Assembly (NCBI GenBank): GCA_017649855.1
Contig: JAGCGA010000019.1
Location: forward strand, 7,645-71,644
From: Bacteroidales bacterium
GTDB lineage: Bacteria > Bacteroidota > Bacteroidia > Bacteroidales > WCHB1-69
DNA length: 64,000 nucleotides
Direction: 5' to 3'
Shown piece by piece: positions 26,392-36,900 of this stretch. The position numbers and the translations under genes are program-made. The notes beneath the pieces were generated by a model. The model was not told the origin of the DNA, did not search any database, and saw only the letters and a program-made list of their open reading frames with translations. How positions within the stretch are numbered: position 1 is the first letter of the stretch; each line of letters begins with the position of its first letter.

Positions 26392-28041
26392 ATGATGAAG
26401 AAAATCGTTCTTTGCAATCTGTTCTTTATCATGGGGTTGCTGCTCTTTGCCCAGCCGGCTCCCGTGAAAAACGTCATCTTGTTGATCACAGATGGTACCT
26501 CTACCGGGCTGCTTTCCTGCGCCCGCTGGTATCAGACCTATCTGGATTCCACGAAAACAACTTTAGCCATCGACCCATATATCAGAGGCCTCGTTCGCAC
26601 CAACTCCTCGGATGCCCCCATCGGGGATTCCGCTCCCACCACCTCCTGCTATATGACAGGCATGCCTTCCCAGACCGGTTTCGTCTCCACCTATCCGGTC
26701 AAGACTGACCATGACTTGGTGCCGGTGGATGCCACGCGCGCCTATCAGCCGTTGACCACCCTCATGGAAGCCGCCCACCGCCGTCAAGGCAAGTCGGCCG
26801 GCATCGTCTGCACTTGCGAGTTTACCCATGCCACCCCCGCCGACTGTGCTGCCCATACCTATTCCAGAGGAAAATACAACATGATCGCCCCACAGATGGT
26901 CTATAACGATCTCGATGTTGTGATTGCCGGAGGCACCTCCTATCTCAAAGAGCGCGAACGCGAATACCTGAAATCCAAAGGCTACAACCTTTTCATGGAC
27001 GACCTGCAGGGAATGCGAAACTGTCATAAAGGTCCCTTCTGGGCCCTCTACCGTCCCTCTTCTATCGAATATTATATGGAGACCGACGCCACTGCTGTGC
27101 CTACTTTGGCAGAGAGTACCGAAAAAGCCCTGGAGATCCTCTCCCAAAACCCCAATGGCTTCTTCCTGATGGTGGAAGGCAGCAAGGTGGACTGGGCCGC
27201 CCACGACAATGATGCCAAAGCAGCACTCATCGAGTTTCTCGAGTTTGACAAGGCCTGCCAAGTGGCTTTCGATTTTGCCAAGAAAGATGGCCAAACCCTC
27301 GTGGTTGTGGTGCCTGATCATGGTACCGGCGCCATGACCATCGGCAACACCAAGTCCAATCACGGCTACGATCGCCTCTCCCTCCAACAAATCATGAGCA
27401 CTATTGACCAGTATCAACTCTCACTTACAACGATGAGCAAAAAACTGAGAGAGGTGGAGACAAGCGAGTGGCCCGAACTCTTCAAGACCTATTTCGATAT
27501 TGATATCCAACCCTCTGAAATACAATACCTCTCCTCAGCCTCCGACTACAGCAAGTCTTCCATGCCCAAAGAGGACCGTCAAAACAATCTCTCCATGGTC
27601 AAGATGCTGAGTCAGGTGATCTATGGAAGCAGAACCTATTTCGGATTCACCACCTTTGGCCATACCATCGAAAATGTGTTTTTCGCAATGTATCATCCCC
27701 AGAATGATGAGCTCTATGGCTGCCCCTCCAACATCGAGCTTCACCAGTATATGAGCAAACAGCTGGGTCTCACCGGCGTGCTGGACGAGATGAACGAAGA
27801 GAATTTTGTGGACCATCGGAAGGTTTTTGCCGGCTATGACTATAAAATCGATAGCCTCGACAAATATCATTACCGTTTCACGGCCAAGTACAAGAAAAAC
27901 ACCTTAGTGTTTGACAGCTACACCAACTATGTAACTGTCAACAAGAAAACATACGACATAGAGTCCTTGTTGGTCTATATGCCCATCAACAAAACATTCT
28001 ATGTCCCCAAAGAATTATACAGATACCTCTTACTAAAATAG
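26392..28041 (+). CDS. Alkaline phosphatase (PhoA family), secreted
   Basis: Signal peptide MMKKIVLCNLFFIMGLLLFAQ. ILLITDGTSTG is the metal-site Asp region, GDSAPTTSC holds the nucleophile Ser, and DWAAHDND and PDHGTG are further motifs. A -7 box TActTTTG lies at 26365-26372. Confidence 0.85.
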   Translation: MMKKIVLCNLFFIMGLLLFAQPAPVKNVILLITDGTSTGLLSCARWYQTYLDSTKTTLAIDPYIRGLVRTNSSDAPIGDSAPTTSCYMTGMPSQTGFVSTYPVKTDHDLVPVDATRAYQPLTTLMEAAHRRQGKSAGIVCTCEFTHATPADCAAHTYSRGKYNMIAPQMVYNDLDVVIAGGTSYLKEREREYLKSKGYNLFMDDLQGMRNCHKGPFWALYRPSSIEYYMETDATAVPTLAESTEKALEILSQNPNGFFLMVEGSKVDWAAHDNDAKAALIEFLEFDKACQVAFDFAKKDGQTLVVVVPDHGTGAMTIGNTKSNHGYDRLSLQQIMSTIDQYQLSLTTMSKKLREVETSEWPELFKTYFDIDIQPSEIQYLSSASDYSKSSMPKEDRQNNLSMVKMLSQVIYGSRTYFGFTTFGHTIENVFFAMYHPQNDELYGCPSNIELHQYMSKQLGLTGVLDEMNEENFVDHRKVFAGYDYKIDSLDKYHYRFTAKYKKNTLVFDSYTNYVTVNKKTYDIESLLVYMPINKTFYVPKELYRYLLLK

Positions 28042-28090
28042 AGATTTCTGCGTTAGTAGTTTATGTTTAATCATTAAAATCATCAATACA

Positions 28091-29026
28091 ATGCAATCAT
28101 TAAGTGACCAGAACGTTGAGAAAAACGAGAATCAGAACCCTTTGAAAAAGTGGGTTGTCATTTTGGGAATCCTGGCGGGCCTTTTCTTTTTGTCCACCCT
28201 GTATTTTGGCTTTTTTGCCAAGCCGGTGACCAACAAGGAGTACATCAAGGTGGCCGATGAGAAGGAGTCTTTGCAAGCAGAATTGGACAACCTGTTGGCC
28301 GAGCATGAGCGCATCAAGGCGCAATATGGCGATCTGACCGACCAGTTGAGCGCCAAAGACAGCATTATCATGGCCAATGCCGCCGAAATCGAACAGTTGA
28401 TCAATACGCAAGCCGACTACAACAAAATCAAGAAACAGCTGGCGCGTTTGCAGAACATCTCTCAGGAATATGTTCAGGAGATGGACAAACTGTATCAGGA
28501 AAACCAGGCACTGAAAGAGGAGAACACGCAGGTGAAGGCAGATTTGGAGACGGAGCGCCAGAACACGGCTACCATCCAGAAGTCCAACGAGGACTTGCAT
28601 GCCAAGATCAACAATGCTGCCGTGTACAAGGCCTATAATATCCACAGTGGAGGTTATAATGTCAAAAACAATGGAACGGAGGAGGTCACCGACAAGGCTG
28701 CTCGTGTGGAACGCATCAAGACCTCTCTGATCTTGGGCGAGAACTCCCTGATCGAACCCGGCCAGGTGAACATCTACTGTCGTATCGCCATCCCCGGCAG
28801 CGGCAAGGTGGTCTCCATGGGTTCTGGCGACAACTACTCCTTCATGCACGACGGTCAGCGTCTGCAATACTCTTGCAAACAGACCGTGGACTACACCGGC
28901 AGCGCCAAGAATGTGACGCTTAACTGGGAAATTCCTTCCGACGACAAGGCCATCAAGGGCAAGTACATTGTCCAACTCTTTACGGATAACCAGTTCCTGG
29001 GCGAGAGCTCGTTCACCTTGAAATAA
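28091..29026 (+). CDS. Membrane-anchored coiled-coil protein, function unknown
   Basis: 311 aa: one TM helix (VVILGILAGLFFLSTLYFGFF), about 130 aa of heptad-like sequence, and a beta-rich C-terminal domain. Confidence 0.55.
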   Translation: MQSLSDQNVEKNENQNPLKKWVVILGILAGLFFLSTLYFGFFAKPVTNKEYIKVADEKESLQAELDNLLAEHERIKAQYGDLTDQLSAKDSIIMANAAEIEQLINTQADYNKIKKQLARLQNISQEYVQEMDKLYQENQALKEENTQVKADLETERQNTATIQKSNEDLHAKINNAAVYKAYNIHSGGYNVKNNGTEEVTDKAARVERIKTSLILGENSLIEPGQVNIYCRIAIPGSGKVVSMGSGDNYSFMHDGQRLQYSCKQTVDYTGSAKNVTLNWEIPSDDKAIKGKYIVQLFTDNQFLGESSFTLK

Positions 29027-29079
29027 ACACCGTACATCCCAGTTTTTTCATTGACCAATTCTAACCAAACACTACATAG

Positions 29080-30030
29080 ATGATAAGCAGACGACATATC
29101 CGAATCAAGGTGATGCAAGCCTTGTATGCCTATCAAACCCGTACTGGGGTGACGATTGCCGCGGCGCAAAAAGAGCTCCTCAAAACGGTGGAGAACTGCC
29201 ATGTGCTCTTTGTCTGGGTGTTTTCCATTTTGCCCGAAGTGGTCCGTTACCGCGCCAACAAACTGGAAAGCTTCAAGGAGAAGAACAACCCCACAGAGGA
29301 GGACCTCAACCCGAACACCAAATTTGTTGACAACAAGGTGATTGCCCAGATTGAGAACAATAAAGCCCTGGAGATACTGATAGAGAATTATCGTATCAAA
29401 TGGGATAACGATCAGGACTTCATCATCAACGTGTTCAAGGAGATTGAGGCTTCGGAGGTTTACCAGAAGTATATGGGAACCCCATCGCGCAGCTACGAGG
29501 GAGACAAGAATTTCGTGCTGGATATCATCCAATATGTGTTTGGGGAGAGCGACTATATCCGTTGGTTTTTTAGTGAAAAAGACCCGAACTGGATGGACGA
29601 CTACTTTGAAGCTCTTTCCATGTTATACAAAAACGTGGATACTTTTAAGGAGAAGAAAGGGGATGATTGCAGAATATTCCCGGTCTTTCACGACAAAGAG
29701 AGTGATGTGGACTTCTGCAAACATCTCTTTAGAGCCGTTTTGGAGCATGGAGAGGAGTATGAGCAGATGATTGAGGGCAAGATTCGGAACTGGGAGATGG
29801 AACGGCTGATAGGAATGGACACGCTCCTATTGAAAATGGCCATCTGTGAGTTGCAGGACTTCCCCTTGATTCCTGTCAAAGTAACGATGAACGAATACAT
29901 TGAGATCTCCAAGATGTACAGTTCCGAAAAGAGCAAGATTTTCATCAATGGGGTCTTGGATAAAATAATTGAGGATTTAAGAAACTCCGGGCAGTTGACG
30001 AAGACTGGCCGGGGTTTATATCAAAACTAA
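29080..30030 (+). CDS. nusB: Transcription antitermination factor NusB (long Bacteroidota form)
   Basis: MISRRHIRIKVMQALYAY is the classical NusB start. The C-terminal part has ERL..MD..LLKMAICEL and INGVLDK. Confidence 0.9.
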   Translation: MISRRHIRIKVMQALYAYQTRTGVTIAAAQKELLKTVENCHVLFVWVFSILPEVVRYRANKLESFKEKNNPTEEDLNPNTKFVDNKVIAQIENNKALEILIENYRIKWDNDQDFIINVFKEIEASEVYQKYMGTPSRSYEGDKNFVLDIIQYVFGESDYIRWFFSEKDPNWMDDYFEALSMLYKNVDTFKEKKGDDCRIFPVFHDKESDVDFCKHLFRAVLEHGEEYEQMIEGKIRNWEMERLIGMDTLLLKMAICELQDFPLIPVKVTMNEYIEISKMYSSEKSKIFINGVLDKIIEDLRNSGQLTKTGRGLYQN

Positions 30031-30034
30031 AGCT

Positions 30035-30502
30035 ATGAAGAAGATCGGTTTATATTGTTTGGTGTTTGCATTATTGTGTTGTGCCGGCTGTCGTCAGAAA
30101 CCTGCCGAGGAGGGAGGCTTCAAGGTGTCGGACGTACACAATCCCCAGACTGCCAACGGCATTTCAGACAAAGAGGCCAAGAACATGCCCGTCATCACTT
30201 TCGAGACCACGAATTACGATTTCGGAGAGGTTGTTCAGGGCGAGAAGCTGACGTATGCTTTCAAATTCAAGAATACAGGCAAATCCAATCTGATCATCTA
30301 TTCTTCGGAGGCCACTTGTGGATGTACCACCTCCACGCCGCCCAAAGCGCCCATCCGTCCGGGTGAGGAGGGTGAGATCACCGTCACCTTTGATTCCAAA
30401 TCACAGAACGGTAAGGTGACCAAGCGTATTCTGGTTGCGGCCAACACCTATCCGACGGAGAATATCCTGACCATCACCGCCAACGTTTCCAAAATCAAAT
30501 AG
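30035..30502 (+). CDS. DUF1573 domain lipoprotein
   Basis: 155 aa with F.FE.T.YDFG.V..GE......FKF.NTG...L.I......CGCT, the hallmark of DUF1573. Confidence 0.85.
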   Translation: MKKIGLYCLVFALLCCAGCRQKPAEEGGFKVSDVHNPQTANGISDKEAKNMPVITFETTNYDFGEVVQGEKLTYAFKFKNTGKSNLIIYSSEATCGCTTSTPPKAPIRPGEEGEITVTFDSKSQNGKVTKRILVAANTYPTENILTITANVSKIK

Positions 30503-30528
30503 AATATTAACTTTTAAATTTTAAAATT

Positions 30529-30924
30529 ATGAGTATGTTTACCCTTTTAGCAGCATCGGGAGCAGCATCGGGAACCTCCACCCTGATTTTTATTGTTTTG
30601 CTGATTGTCATCTTCTATTTCTTCATGATTCGTCCGCAGCAAAAGCAGCAGAAGAAAATGGAAGAGTTCCGCAACAGCTTGGGCAAGGGCGACCGCGTCA
30701 CGACCGTAGGAGGTATTCACGGCAAGATTGTCGGTGTCAAGGACAATACTTTCCAAATCGAAATTGCCAAGGGCATCGTGATAGAGGTGGAGAAAAACGC
30801 TATCAACTATCAGCCCATGGGCCAGGCCAGCAAGAAAGAACCGTCCAACGATGATTTTCGTAAACAGGATGAGCCTGAGACCACCGTGTCTATGGAGGAT
30901 GATCGTAACCCCAACCTTGATTAA
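30529..30924 (+). CDS. yajC: Preprotein translocase subunit YajC
   Basis: A TM helix followed by FFMIRPQQKQQKKMEEFRNSLGKGDRVTTVGGIHGKIV. Confidence 0.9.
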   Translation: MSMFTLLAASGAASGTSTLIFIVLLIVIFYFFMIRPQQKQQKKMEEFRNSLGKGDRVTTVGGIHGKIVGVKDNTFQIEIAKGIVIEVEKNAINYQPMGQASKKEPSNDDFRKQDEPETTVSMEDDRNPNLD

Positions 30925-30948
30925 TCACCAACCACATCATTATCATAC

Positions 30949-31362
30949 ATGGGCAGGGATAAGAAGTTACCGATAAAATTACCTCCGCTGGCATTTTTGT
31001 TATGCCTTCTGCTCTCCATCATGGCTTGGCTGGTGGTGACCTTCTCGCGTGACTATCAGGTTACCCAAGAATATAAGTTGGTGGCCTACAATCTGCCGGA
31101 AGGCAAAAAGGCAGTCACCTTTTCCGACACTGTTATTTCGTTGACTTTCAACCAGAAAGGGGTTAACTACCTGATGAAACCATATTCAAACAAAGAGAAG
31201 TTGGTGTATGTGTCCATCACGGATCTGATCAAATCCAAGAAGAAAGTGTCGGTCTATACCTTCACCAGCAAAGAGATGCGTGACTTTTTATCCCAGTATA
31301 ATTTCGGATCCGAATTGGTGGCTGTGGAAGCGCCGGAGGTGCTGACCATCTACGTCAAATAG
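30949..31362 (+). CDS. YbbR-like or hypothetical membrane-anchored protein
   Basis: 137 aa, one TM helix and a beta-rich remainder. It sits in the position after yajC where Bacteroidota usually carry a YbbR-like gene. The family call is tentative. Confidence 0.45.
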   Translation: MGRDKKLPIKLPPLAFLLCLLLSIMAWLVVTFSRDYQVTQEYKLVAYNLPEGKKAVTFSDTVISLTFNQKGVNYLMKPYSNKEKLVYVSITDLIKSKKKVSVYTFTSKEMRDFLSQYNFGSELVAVEAPEVLTIYVK

Positions 31363-31407
31363 GATTTGTTTCCAAGTCAATTATTCATCTATTAAACAAT
31401 TAATATT

Positions 31408-31722
31408 ATGGCATTAGCAATTACCACAGAAAATTTTGATTCCTTGGTTAAGGGCGACCAGCTGGTTGTCGTTGACTTCTGGGCTACTTGGTGTGGCCCG
31501 TGCCGCCATATCGCTCCCATCGTGGAGGAGGTGGCCGCCGAATATGAGGGCAAAGCCGTCATCGGCAAGTGTGACACGGACGAGAACGGCGACATCGCCA
31601 TGCAGTTCGGTGTGATGAACATCCCCACGCTCATCTTCCTGAAGAATGGCGAGGAGGTGGACCGTCATGTCGGCATCATCAGCAAGGATGAACTCGTCAA
31701 GAAGGTTAACCAATATTTGTAA
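31408..31722 (+). CDS. trxA: Thioredoxin
   Basis: 104 aa with VVDFWATWCGPC. Confidence 0.95.
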   Translation: MALAITTENFDSLVKGDQLVVVDFWATWCGPCRHIAPIVEEVAAEYEGKAVIGKCDTDENGDIAMQFGVMNIPTLIFLKNGEEVDRHVGIISKDELVKKVNQYL

Positions 31723-31740
31723 TCCTAAATTATTACCAAT

Positions 31741-33405
31741 ATGAATACTGCTTTATTAATTTGCATCATCGGTACGATTGTCATCATACCGTTTTTGATT
31801 TATTATGTGCGTGAAGCCAAGCTGCATCACCCGAAGGGTTTGATTGCCGCTGCTTTGAGCAATATGGGCGAGCGCTTCGGCTATTACATCATGAATGCCG
31901 TTTTGTTGCTCTTCTTGGTTTCCAAGTTCGGTCTGCCTGACGGCACCGCCGGCGTCATCTATTCCGTCTTCTATTTCGGCATCTATGTGCTGAGTTTGGT
32001 GGGCGGTATCATTGCCGACAAGACCCAGAACTACAACAAGACCATCCAATGGGGTCTCATCATCATGGCCATCGGCTATGTGGTGATGGCTATTCCGTTG
32101 TTCAGCAAGACCGCCGAGGGCGCGATCCTCGACAGTGGCGCCGGCTGGTGGACCATCTTGATCATCACCTGTATGGCTCTGTTGTTCATCGCTTTCGGTA
32201 ACGGTCTCTTCAAGGGCAACCTGCAGGCTATCGTCGGCAAACTGTACGACGAATTCGAGGCTGAGGCTGCCAAGAAAGGTCCCGAAGCATTGGCAGAGGC
32301 CAAAGATCGCCGCGACTCCGGCTTCCAGATCTTCTACGTCTTCATCAACATCGGCGGTTTCTTCGCCCCGTTCATCGCTCCGTTCTTGCGCGAGTGGTGG
32401 CTGAAGGCACACAACCTCATCTATAATGCCGACATGTCAGGTCTTTGTCACCAATTCCTCGCGAATGGTCAGGAGACCCAGAAGTTCACGGAGACCATGG
32501 CTGCCGTGCTGCAACCTGGCTACAACTTTACCGACACCGCTGCTTTCTGCTCCGACTACATCACCGTTTTCAACCAAGGTGTTCACTTCTCCTTCATCGC
32601 TTCCGTGCTGGCTATGGCTATCTCTTTGGTTATCTTCTTGACCAATAAGTATAAATTGCCGCAACCCGCCAAGAAAGAGCAAGCTCAAGTGGTGGAATAT
32701 ACCGCTGAGGAGAAACTCGCTATGGCTAAGGAGATCAAACAACGTCTGTACGCTTTGTTCGCCGTGCTGGGCATTGCGGTCTTCTTCTGGTTCTCTTTCC
32801 ACCAGAACGGCCAGTCACTGTCAGTGTTCGCCCGCGACTTCGTCCAAACCGAAAAGATTGCCCCTGAAATTTGGCAGGCCTTGAACCCCTTCTTTGTGAT
32901 CGTGCTCACGCCTATTATCATGATCATTTTTGCAGCATTGGCACGCCGAGGCAAAGCCATCTCCACGCCTCGCAAGATTGCCATCGGTATGGCTATCGCC
33001 GGATGTGCGTACCTCTTCCTGGTGATCATCTCCATCGTCAACAATTATCCGTCAGGTACGGATTTCCGTGCTATGGATCTGGCCCAGATGGCAGCCGCCG
33101 GTCTTGCCAAGGCTGCCCCGTGGGTACTGCTGGTAACCTACTTCTTCCTGACAGTTGCTGAGTTGTTCATCTCCCCGCTGGGTCTGTCGTTCGTCTCCAA
33201 GGTGGCTCCGCGCCACATGGTAGGCTTGTGCCAGGGCTTGTGGCTCGGCGCCACCGCTATCGGCAACTTGCTGATCTGGCTCGGACCTGTGATGTACAAT
33301 GCTTGGCCGATCAAATACTGCTGGGCTGTGTTCGCTATCGTCTGCTTCATCTCCATGGCCGTCATGCTCGGCATGGTGAAATGGTTGGAGAGAGTGACGC
33401 AATAA
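31741..33405 (+). CDS. Proton-dependent oligopeptide transporter (POT/PTR2 family)
   Basis: 554 aa with GERFGYY and FGNGLFKGN, the PTR2 signatures. Confidence 0.9.
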   Translation: MNTALLICIIGTIVIIPFLIYYVREAKLHHPKGLIAAALSNMGERFGYYIMNAVLLLFLVSKFGLPDGTAGVIYSVFYFGIYVLSLVGGIIADKTQNYNKTIQWGLIIMAIGYVVMAIPLFSKTAEGAILDSGAGWWTILIITCMALLFIAFGNGLFKGNLQAIVGKLYDEFEAEAAKKGPEALAEAKDRRDSGFQIFYVFINIGGFFAPFIAPFLREWWLKAHNLIYNADMSGLCHQFLANGQETQKFTETMAAVLQPGYNFTDTAAFCSDYITVFNQGVHFSFIASVLAMAISLVIFLTNKYKLPQPAKKEQAQVVEYTAEEKLAMAKEIKQRLYALFAVLGIAVFFWFSFHQNGQSLSVFARDFVQTEKIAPEIWQALNPFFVIVLTPIIMIIFAALARRGKAISTPRKIAIGMAIAGCAYLFLVIISIVNNYPSGTDFRAMDLAQMAAAGLAKAAPWVLLVTYFFLTVAELFISPLGLSFVSKVAPRHMVGLCQGLWLGATAIGNLLIWLGPVMYNAWPIKYCWAVFAIVCFISMAVMLGMVKWLERVTQ

Positions 33406-33425
33406 GCGCTAACCTATAAATTCTA

Positions 33426-33461
33426 AAAGGTGACCTTGTATGATCAGGGTCACCTTTTTTT
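33426..33461 (+). terminator. Intrinsic terminator of the POT transporter gene
   Basis: AAAGGTGACC-N12-GGTCACCTTT followed by a T-run. Confidence 0.75.
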
Positions 33462-33660
33462 ATGCCATCGTTCAAAAAAGGCAACCGGATTTTTTGAGAG
33501 TAATTGCCAATAGTATGAGGGACTGTGTGAGTTGAATGGATAGGAGGGACTACCGGTTGCCTTTTCATGATTTCACACAGGGCAAAAATACACATTAATA
33601 TTTAAGGTAAATAAAAAATATATTAACATAATATTAACAACATAAAAGGAGGGAAAATTA

Positions 33661-33668
33661 TATTTTTG
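33661..33668 (+). promoter_or_regulatory. -7 box TAttTTTG immediately upstream of the helicase gene
   Basis: TATTTTTG ends 7 nt before the ATG at 33676, so the mRNA is leaderless or nearly so. Confidence 0.5.
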
Positions 33669-33675
33669 CACCTTT

Positions 33676-36021
33676 ATGGAACACGAAATGTTGAAAGAAG
33701 AAAACCTATTATCCTCGTTGAACAGACAGCAGCAAGAGGCTGTTAAACAGATAGATGGTCCTATCATGGTATTGGCGGGCGCCGGCTCTGGCAAGACGCG
33801 CGTGCTCACCTATCGTATCGCCTATATGCTGATGCACGACATCAGTCCTTACCGCATCATGGCCCTCACCTTCACCAACAAGGCGGCAGCGGAGATGCGG
33901 GGCCGTATCGTGGATCTGGTAGGGGGCGACAAAGCCAAGGCGGTCACGATGGGCACTTTCCACTCGGTATTCTACCGCATTCTTCGTATGGAAGCCGAAC
34001 TGTTGGGCTATACCCACAACCTTACCATCTACGACACCGATGATTCCAAGTCGTTGTTAAAGAGCATCATCAAAGAACTCAACCTGGATCCTAAGGTCTA
34101 TACCGCCTCCTTTGCCCTCAATCGTATCTCCTCGGCCAAGACCAGCCTGATGTCGGCAGAAGAGTATGCCAATGACAACGAGATCCAGCAGGCCGACAAG
34201 CGCGCGGGCAAACCGATGATGGCGCAGATCTTCATGCGCTATAACGCCCGCCTGAAGAATGCCGATGCGATGGACTTCGACGATATTCTTTATTATATGA
34301 ATGTCCTTCTGCGCGACTTTCCCGAGGTGCTCTATAAGTACCAGCAGCGTTACCGCTATATTCTGGTGGACGAGTACCAGGACACCAACTTTGCGCAGTA
34401 TCTGATTATCAAGAAGTTGGCGGCACTCAACCAGAACATCTGCGTGGTGGGCGACGATGCCCAAAGCATATACAGCTTCCGTGGCGCGGACATCCAGAAT
34501 ATTCTGAACTTCCGCCGCGACTACCCCAATGCCGCCACTTACAAGTTGGAGCAGAACTACCGTTCTACCCAGAACATCGTGAATGCGGCCAATGAGATCA
34601 TCAAGCATAACAAAAACCAGATCCACAAAGAGGTCTTTTCCGAAAATGAAACCGGTGCCAAAATCAAGTTGTTGAGAACGGGCAGTGATAAGGAGGAAGC
34701 CTCCACGGTGGCTAGTTTCATCTTCGAAATCAAGATGAACGAGCATGCCGACAACAAGCAGTTTGCTGTTCTTTATAGGACCAATGTGCAGTCGCGATCG
34801 CTGGAAGAGGCTTTTGTCAAACGCAACATCCCCTACAAGATCCTGGGCGGTCTCTCTTTCTACAAACGCAAGGAGATCAAGGATGTGCTGGCCTATTTCC
34901 GGCTGATCATCAACCATTACGACGAAGAGTCTTTGCGACGGGTCATCAACTATCCGCAGCGAGGAATTGGCGATACCACCTTTTCCCGCATTTTGGCCAC
35001 GGCCAACGAGCAACATGCCAAGTTGTGGGATGTAATCAGCGATCCGGCAACCTATCAACTGCCTGTGAACGGGCCGACCGCAACGCGGCTGGTGGAGTTT
35101 GCCGACATGATTCGGGGCTTTGCCGCCCAGCTCAAGACCCAGGACGCTTACGAGTTGGCCAAACAGGTGGTCTTCAAGACTGGTATTGCCAAGTCTCTGA
35201 AGGAGATTCCCGATGAGAAAGAGCGCCTCGACAATGTGGAGGAGTTGCTGGATGCTGTCAAAGCCTTTATCGACAATCCTCCTGACAACATGTTCAATGA
35301 GCAGACCGGGGAATTGATAGAGGAGTACTTTCCTTCCTTGGACTACTTCATGGAGTCGGTGGCCCTGCTCAGCGACACGGATGAAAACAAGAGTGATGAG
35401 AACGACGACAAAGTCAAGTTGATGACCATCCACTCCGCCAAGGGGTTGGAGTTTGACTATGTCTTCATCACGGGCATGGAGGAGAACCTTTTCCCTTCGG
35501 CGCTCAGCGTGAACACCTTGTCGGAGATTGAGGAGGAGCGCCGCCTGTTCTATGTGGCGTTGACCCGTGCCCGCAAGCAGGTCTTCCTCACCTGTGCACA
35601 GACCCGTTATCGTTTCGGCTCTTTGGAGTTTTGCGAGGAGAGTCGCTTTCTGGAAGAGATTCCCGAGCGCTTTTTAAACACCACCAAGAAAGCTTCCGCA
35701 GGGAAAGGCATGTTTTCCAAGGAGCGGTCTGACGACAGCTTCTCTTCGTTCAGGGCTTCCTATTCCAGACCGCATCCGGCCATCACCCCTGCCGCCCCGC
35801 ACGTCAAGACCAAACAAGAGGTGAAGACGGAGCAGATAGGCACCTTGGCCACTAACGACCAGATACAGCCTGGTGTGCGCGTCTATCATGCCACGTTCGG
35901 CTACGGCACCGTGCAGTCCACCGAAAACCGGAACAACGACGCCCGCGCCGTGGTGGTCTTCGATACCGTGGGCACCAAGACCCTCATGTTGAAATTTGCC
36001 AAATTGATAATCCCCAAATAA
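33676..36021 (+). CDS. ATP-dependent DNA helicase, UvrD/PcrA/Rep family
   Basis: 781 aa with LAGAGSGKTRVLT (motif I), ILVDEYQDTN (motif II), TIHSAKGLEF and LFYVALTRAR. Confidence 0.93.
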   Translation: MEHEMLKEENLLSSLNRQQQEAVKQIDGPIMVLAGAGSGKTRVLTYRIAYMLMHDISPYRIMALTFTNKAAAEMRGRIVDLVGGDKAKAVTMGTFHSVFYRILRMEAELLGYTHNLTIYDTDDSKSLLKSIIKELNLDPKVYTASFALNRISSAKTSLMSAEEYANDNEIQQADKRAGKPMMAQIFMRYNARLKNADAMDFDDILYYMNVLLRDFPEVLYKYQQRYRYILVDEYQDTNFAQYLIIKKLAALNQNICVVGDDAQSIYSFRGADIQNILNFRRDYPNAATYKLEQNYRSTQNIVNAANEIIKHNKNQIHKEVFSENETGAKIKLLRTGSDKEEASTVASFIFEIKMNEHADNKQFAVLYRTNVQSRSLEEAFVKRNIPYKILGGLSFYKRKEIKDVLAYFRLIINHYDEESLRRVINYPQRGIGDTTFSRILATANEQHAKLWDVISDPATYQLPVNGPTATRLVEFADMIRGFAAQLKTQDAYELAKQVVFKTGIAKSLKEIPDEKERLDNVEELLDAVKAFIDNPPDNMFNEQTGELIEEYFPSLDYFMESVALLSDTDENKSDENDDKVKLMTIHSAKGLEFDYVFITGMEENLFPSALSVNTLSEIEEERRLFYVALTRARKQVFLTCAQTRYRFGSLEFCEESRFLEEIPERFLNTTKKASAGKGMFSKERSDDSFSSFRASYSRPHPAITPAAPHVKTKQEVKTEQIGTLATNDQIQPGVRVYHATFGYGTVQSTENRNNDARAVVVFDTVGTKTLMLKFAKLIIPK

Positions 36022-36029
36022 TTGATAAT

Positions 36030-36896
36030 ATGTTATTTCGTTCCAATATCCCGGCACCTGAATACCCTTTCCAAATCGACTATAACAGCACGATCATGTT
36101 GTTAGGATCCTGTTTTTCTGATAACATTGGCAACTATGTTGCCCGTCATCAGTTTAACGTGAATTCCAACCCTTTCGGGGTGCTGTTCAACCCGATCTCC
36201 ATTGAGCGATCCATCCGGTTGCTCCTGCAGCCGGATCTGTTTGACAGGGAGCGTTATTTTTATAAAACGAGGGACCTTTGGGTGAGCTTTGCCCATCATG
36301 GTCGTTTCTCGCGGGAGAATTTTGAGGAATTCGAGCGGAATATCACCGAGCAACTGGAGGTTGCCTCCGACTTTCTGCATCGCACGGATGTGCTCTTTGT
36401 CACCTTTGGCACGGCTTTCTGCTACAAGTTCATCCCCCGCGATTTGATAGTCTCCAACTGTCACAAGATTCCGAATCATCAGTTCCAGCGCTTTCGTCTT
36501 ACGGAGAAGCAGATTGTCACACAGTGGAAAGAGACGATGGATCAGCTGCTGGCTGTCCGTCCCGACCTGAAGATTGTCTTTACGGTCAGTCCGGTGCGCC
36601 ATGTGGGCGACGGGTTGCATGAGAACACGCTCAGCAAGGCGGTGTTGCTGCTCGCCACCGAGAAATTAGTGGACAACGAGCACTCGTTCTATTTTCCCTC
36701 GTATGAGTATTTGATGGATGACTTGCGCGATTACCGGTTCTATGCCAAGGATCTCTATCATCCCAACGACTTAGCGGTGGAATACATAGAGGAGAAGGTG
36801 GCGGAGTCGTTTTTTGATCCCCAGACGGCTGAGCAGGTCCGTTTGGTGGCGCAACAGAACAAGTTCCGTGCCCACCGGCGGCTGCGGGTGGAGTAG
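36030..36896 (+). CDS. GSCFA-family protein
   Basis: 288 aa with the N-terminal LLGSCFSDNIG motif that names the family. Confidence 0.8.
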   Translation: MLFRSNIPAPEYPFQIDYNSTIMLLGSCFSDNIGNYVARHQFNVNSNPFGVLFNPISIERSIRLLLQPDLFDRERYFYKTRDLWVSFAHHGRFSRENFEEFERNITEQLEVASDFLHRTDVLFVTFGTAFCYKFIPRDLIVSNCHKIPNHQFQRFRLTEKQIVTQWKETMDQLLAVRPDLKIVFTVSPVRHVGDGLHENTLSKAVLLLATEKLVDNEHSFYFPSYEYLMDDLRDYRFYAKDLYHPNDLAVEYIEEKVAESFFDPQTAEQVRLVAQQNKFRAHRRLRVE

Positions 36897-36900
36897 CGGT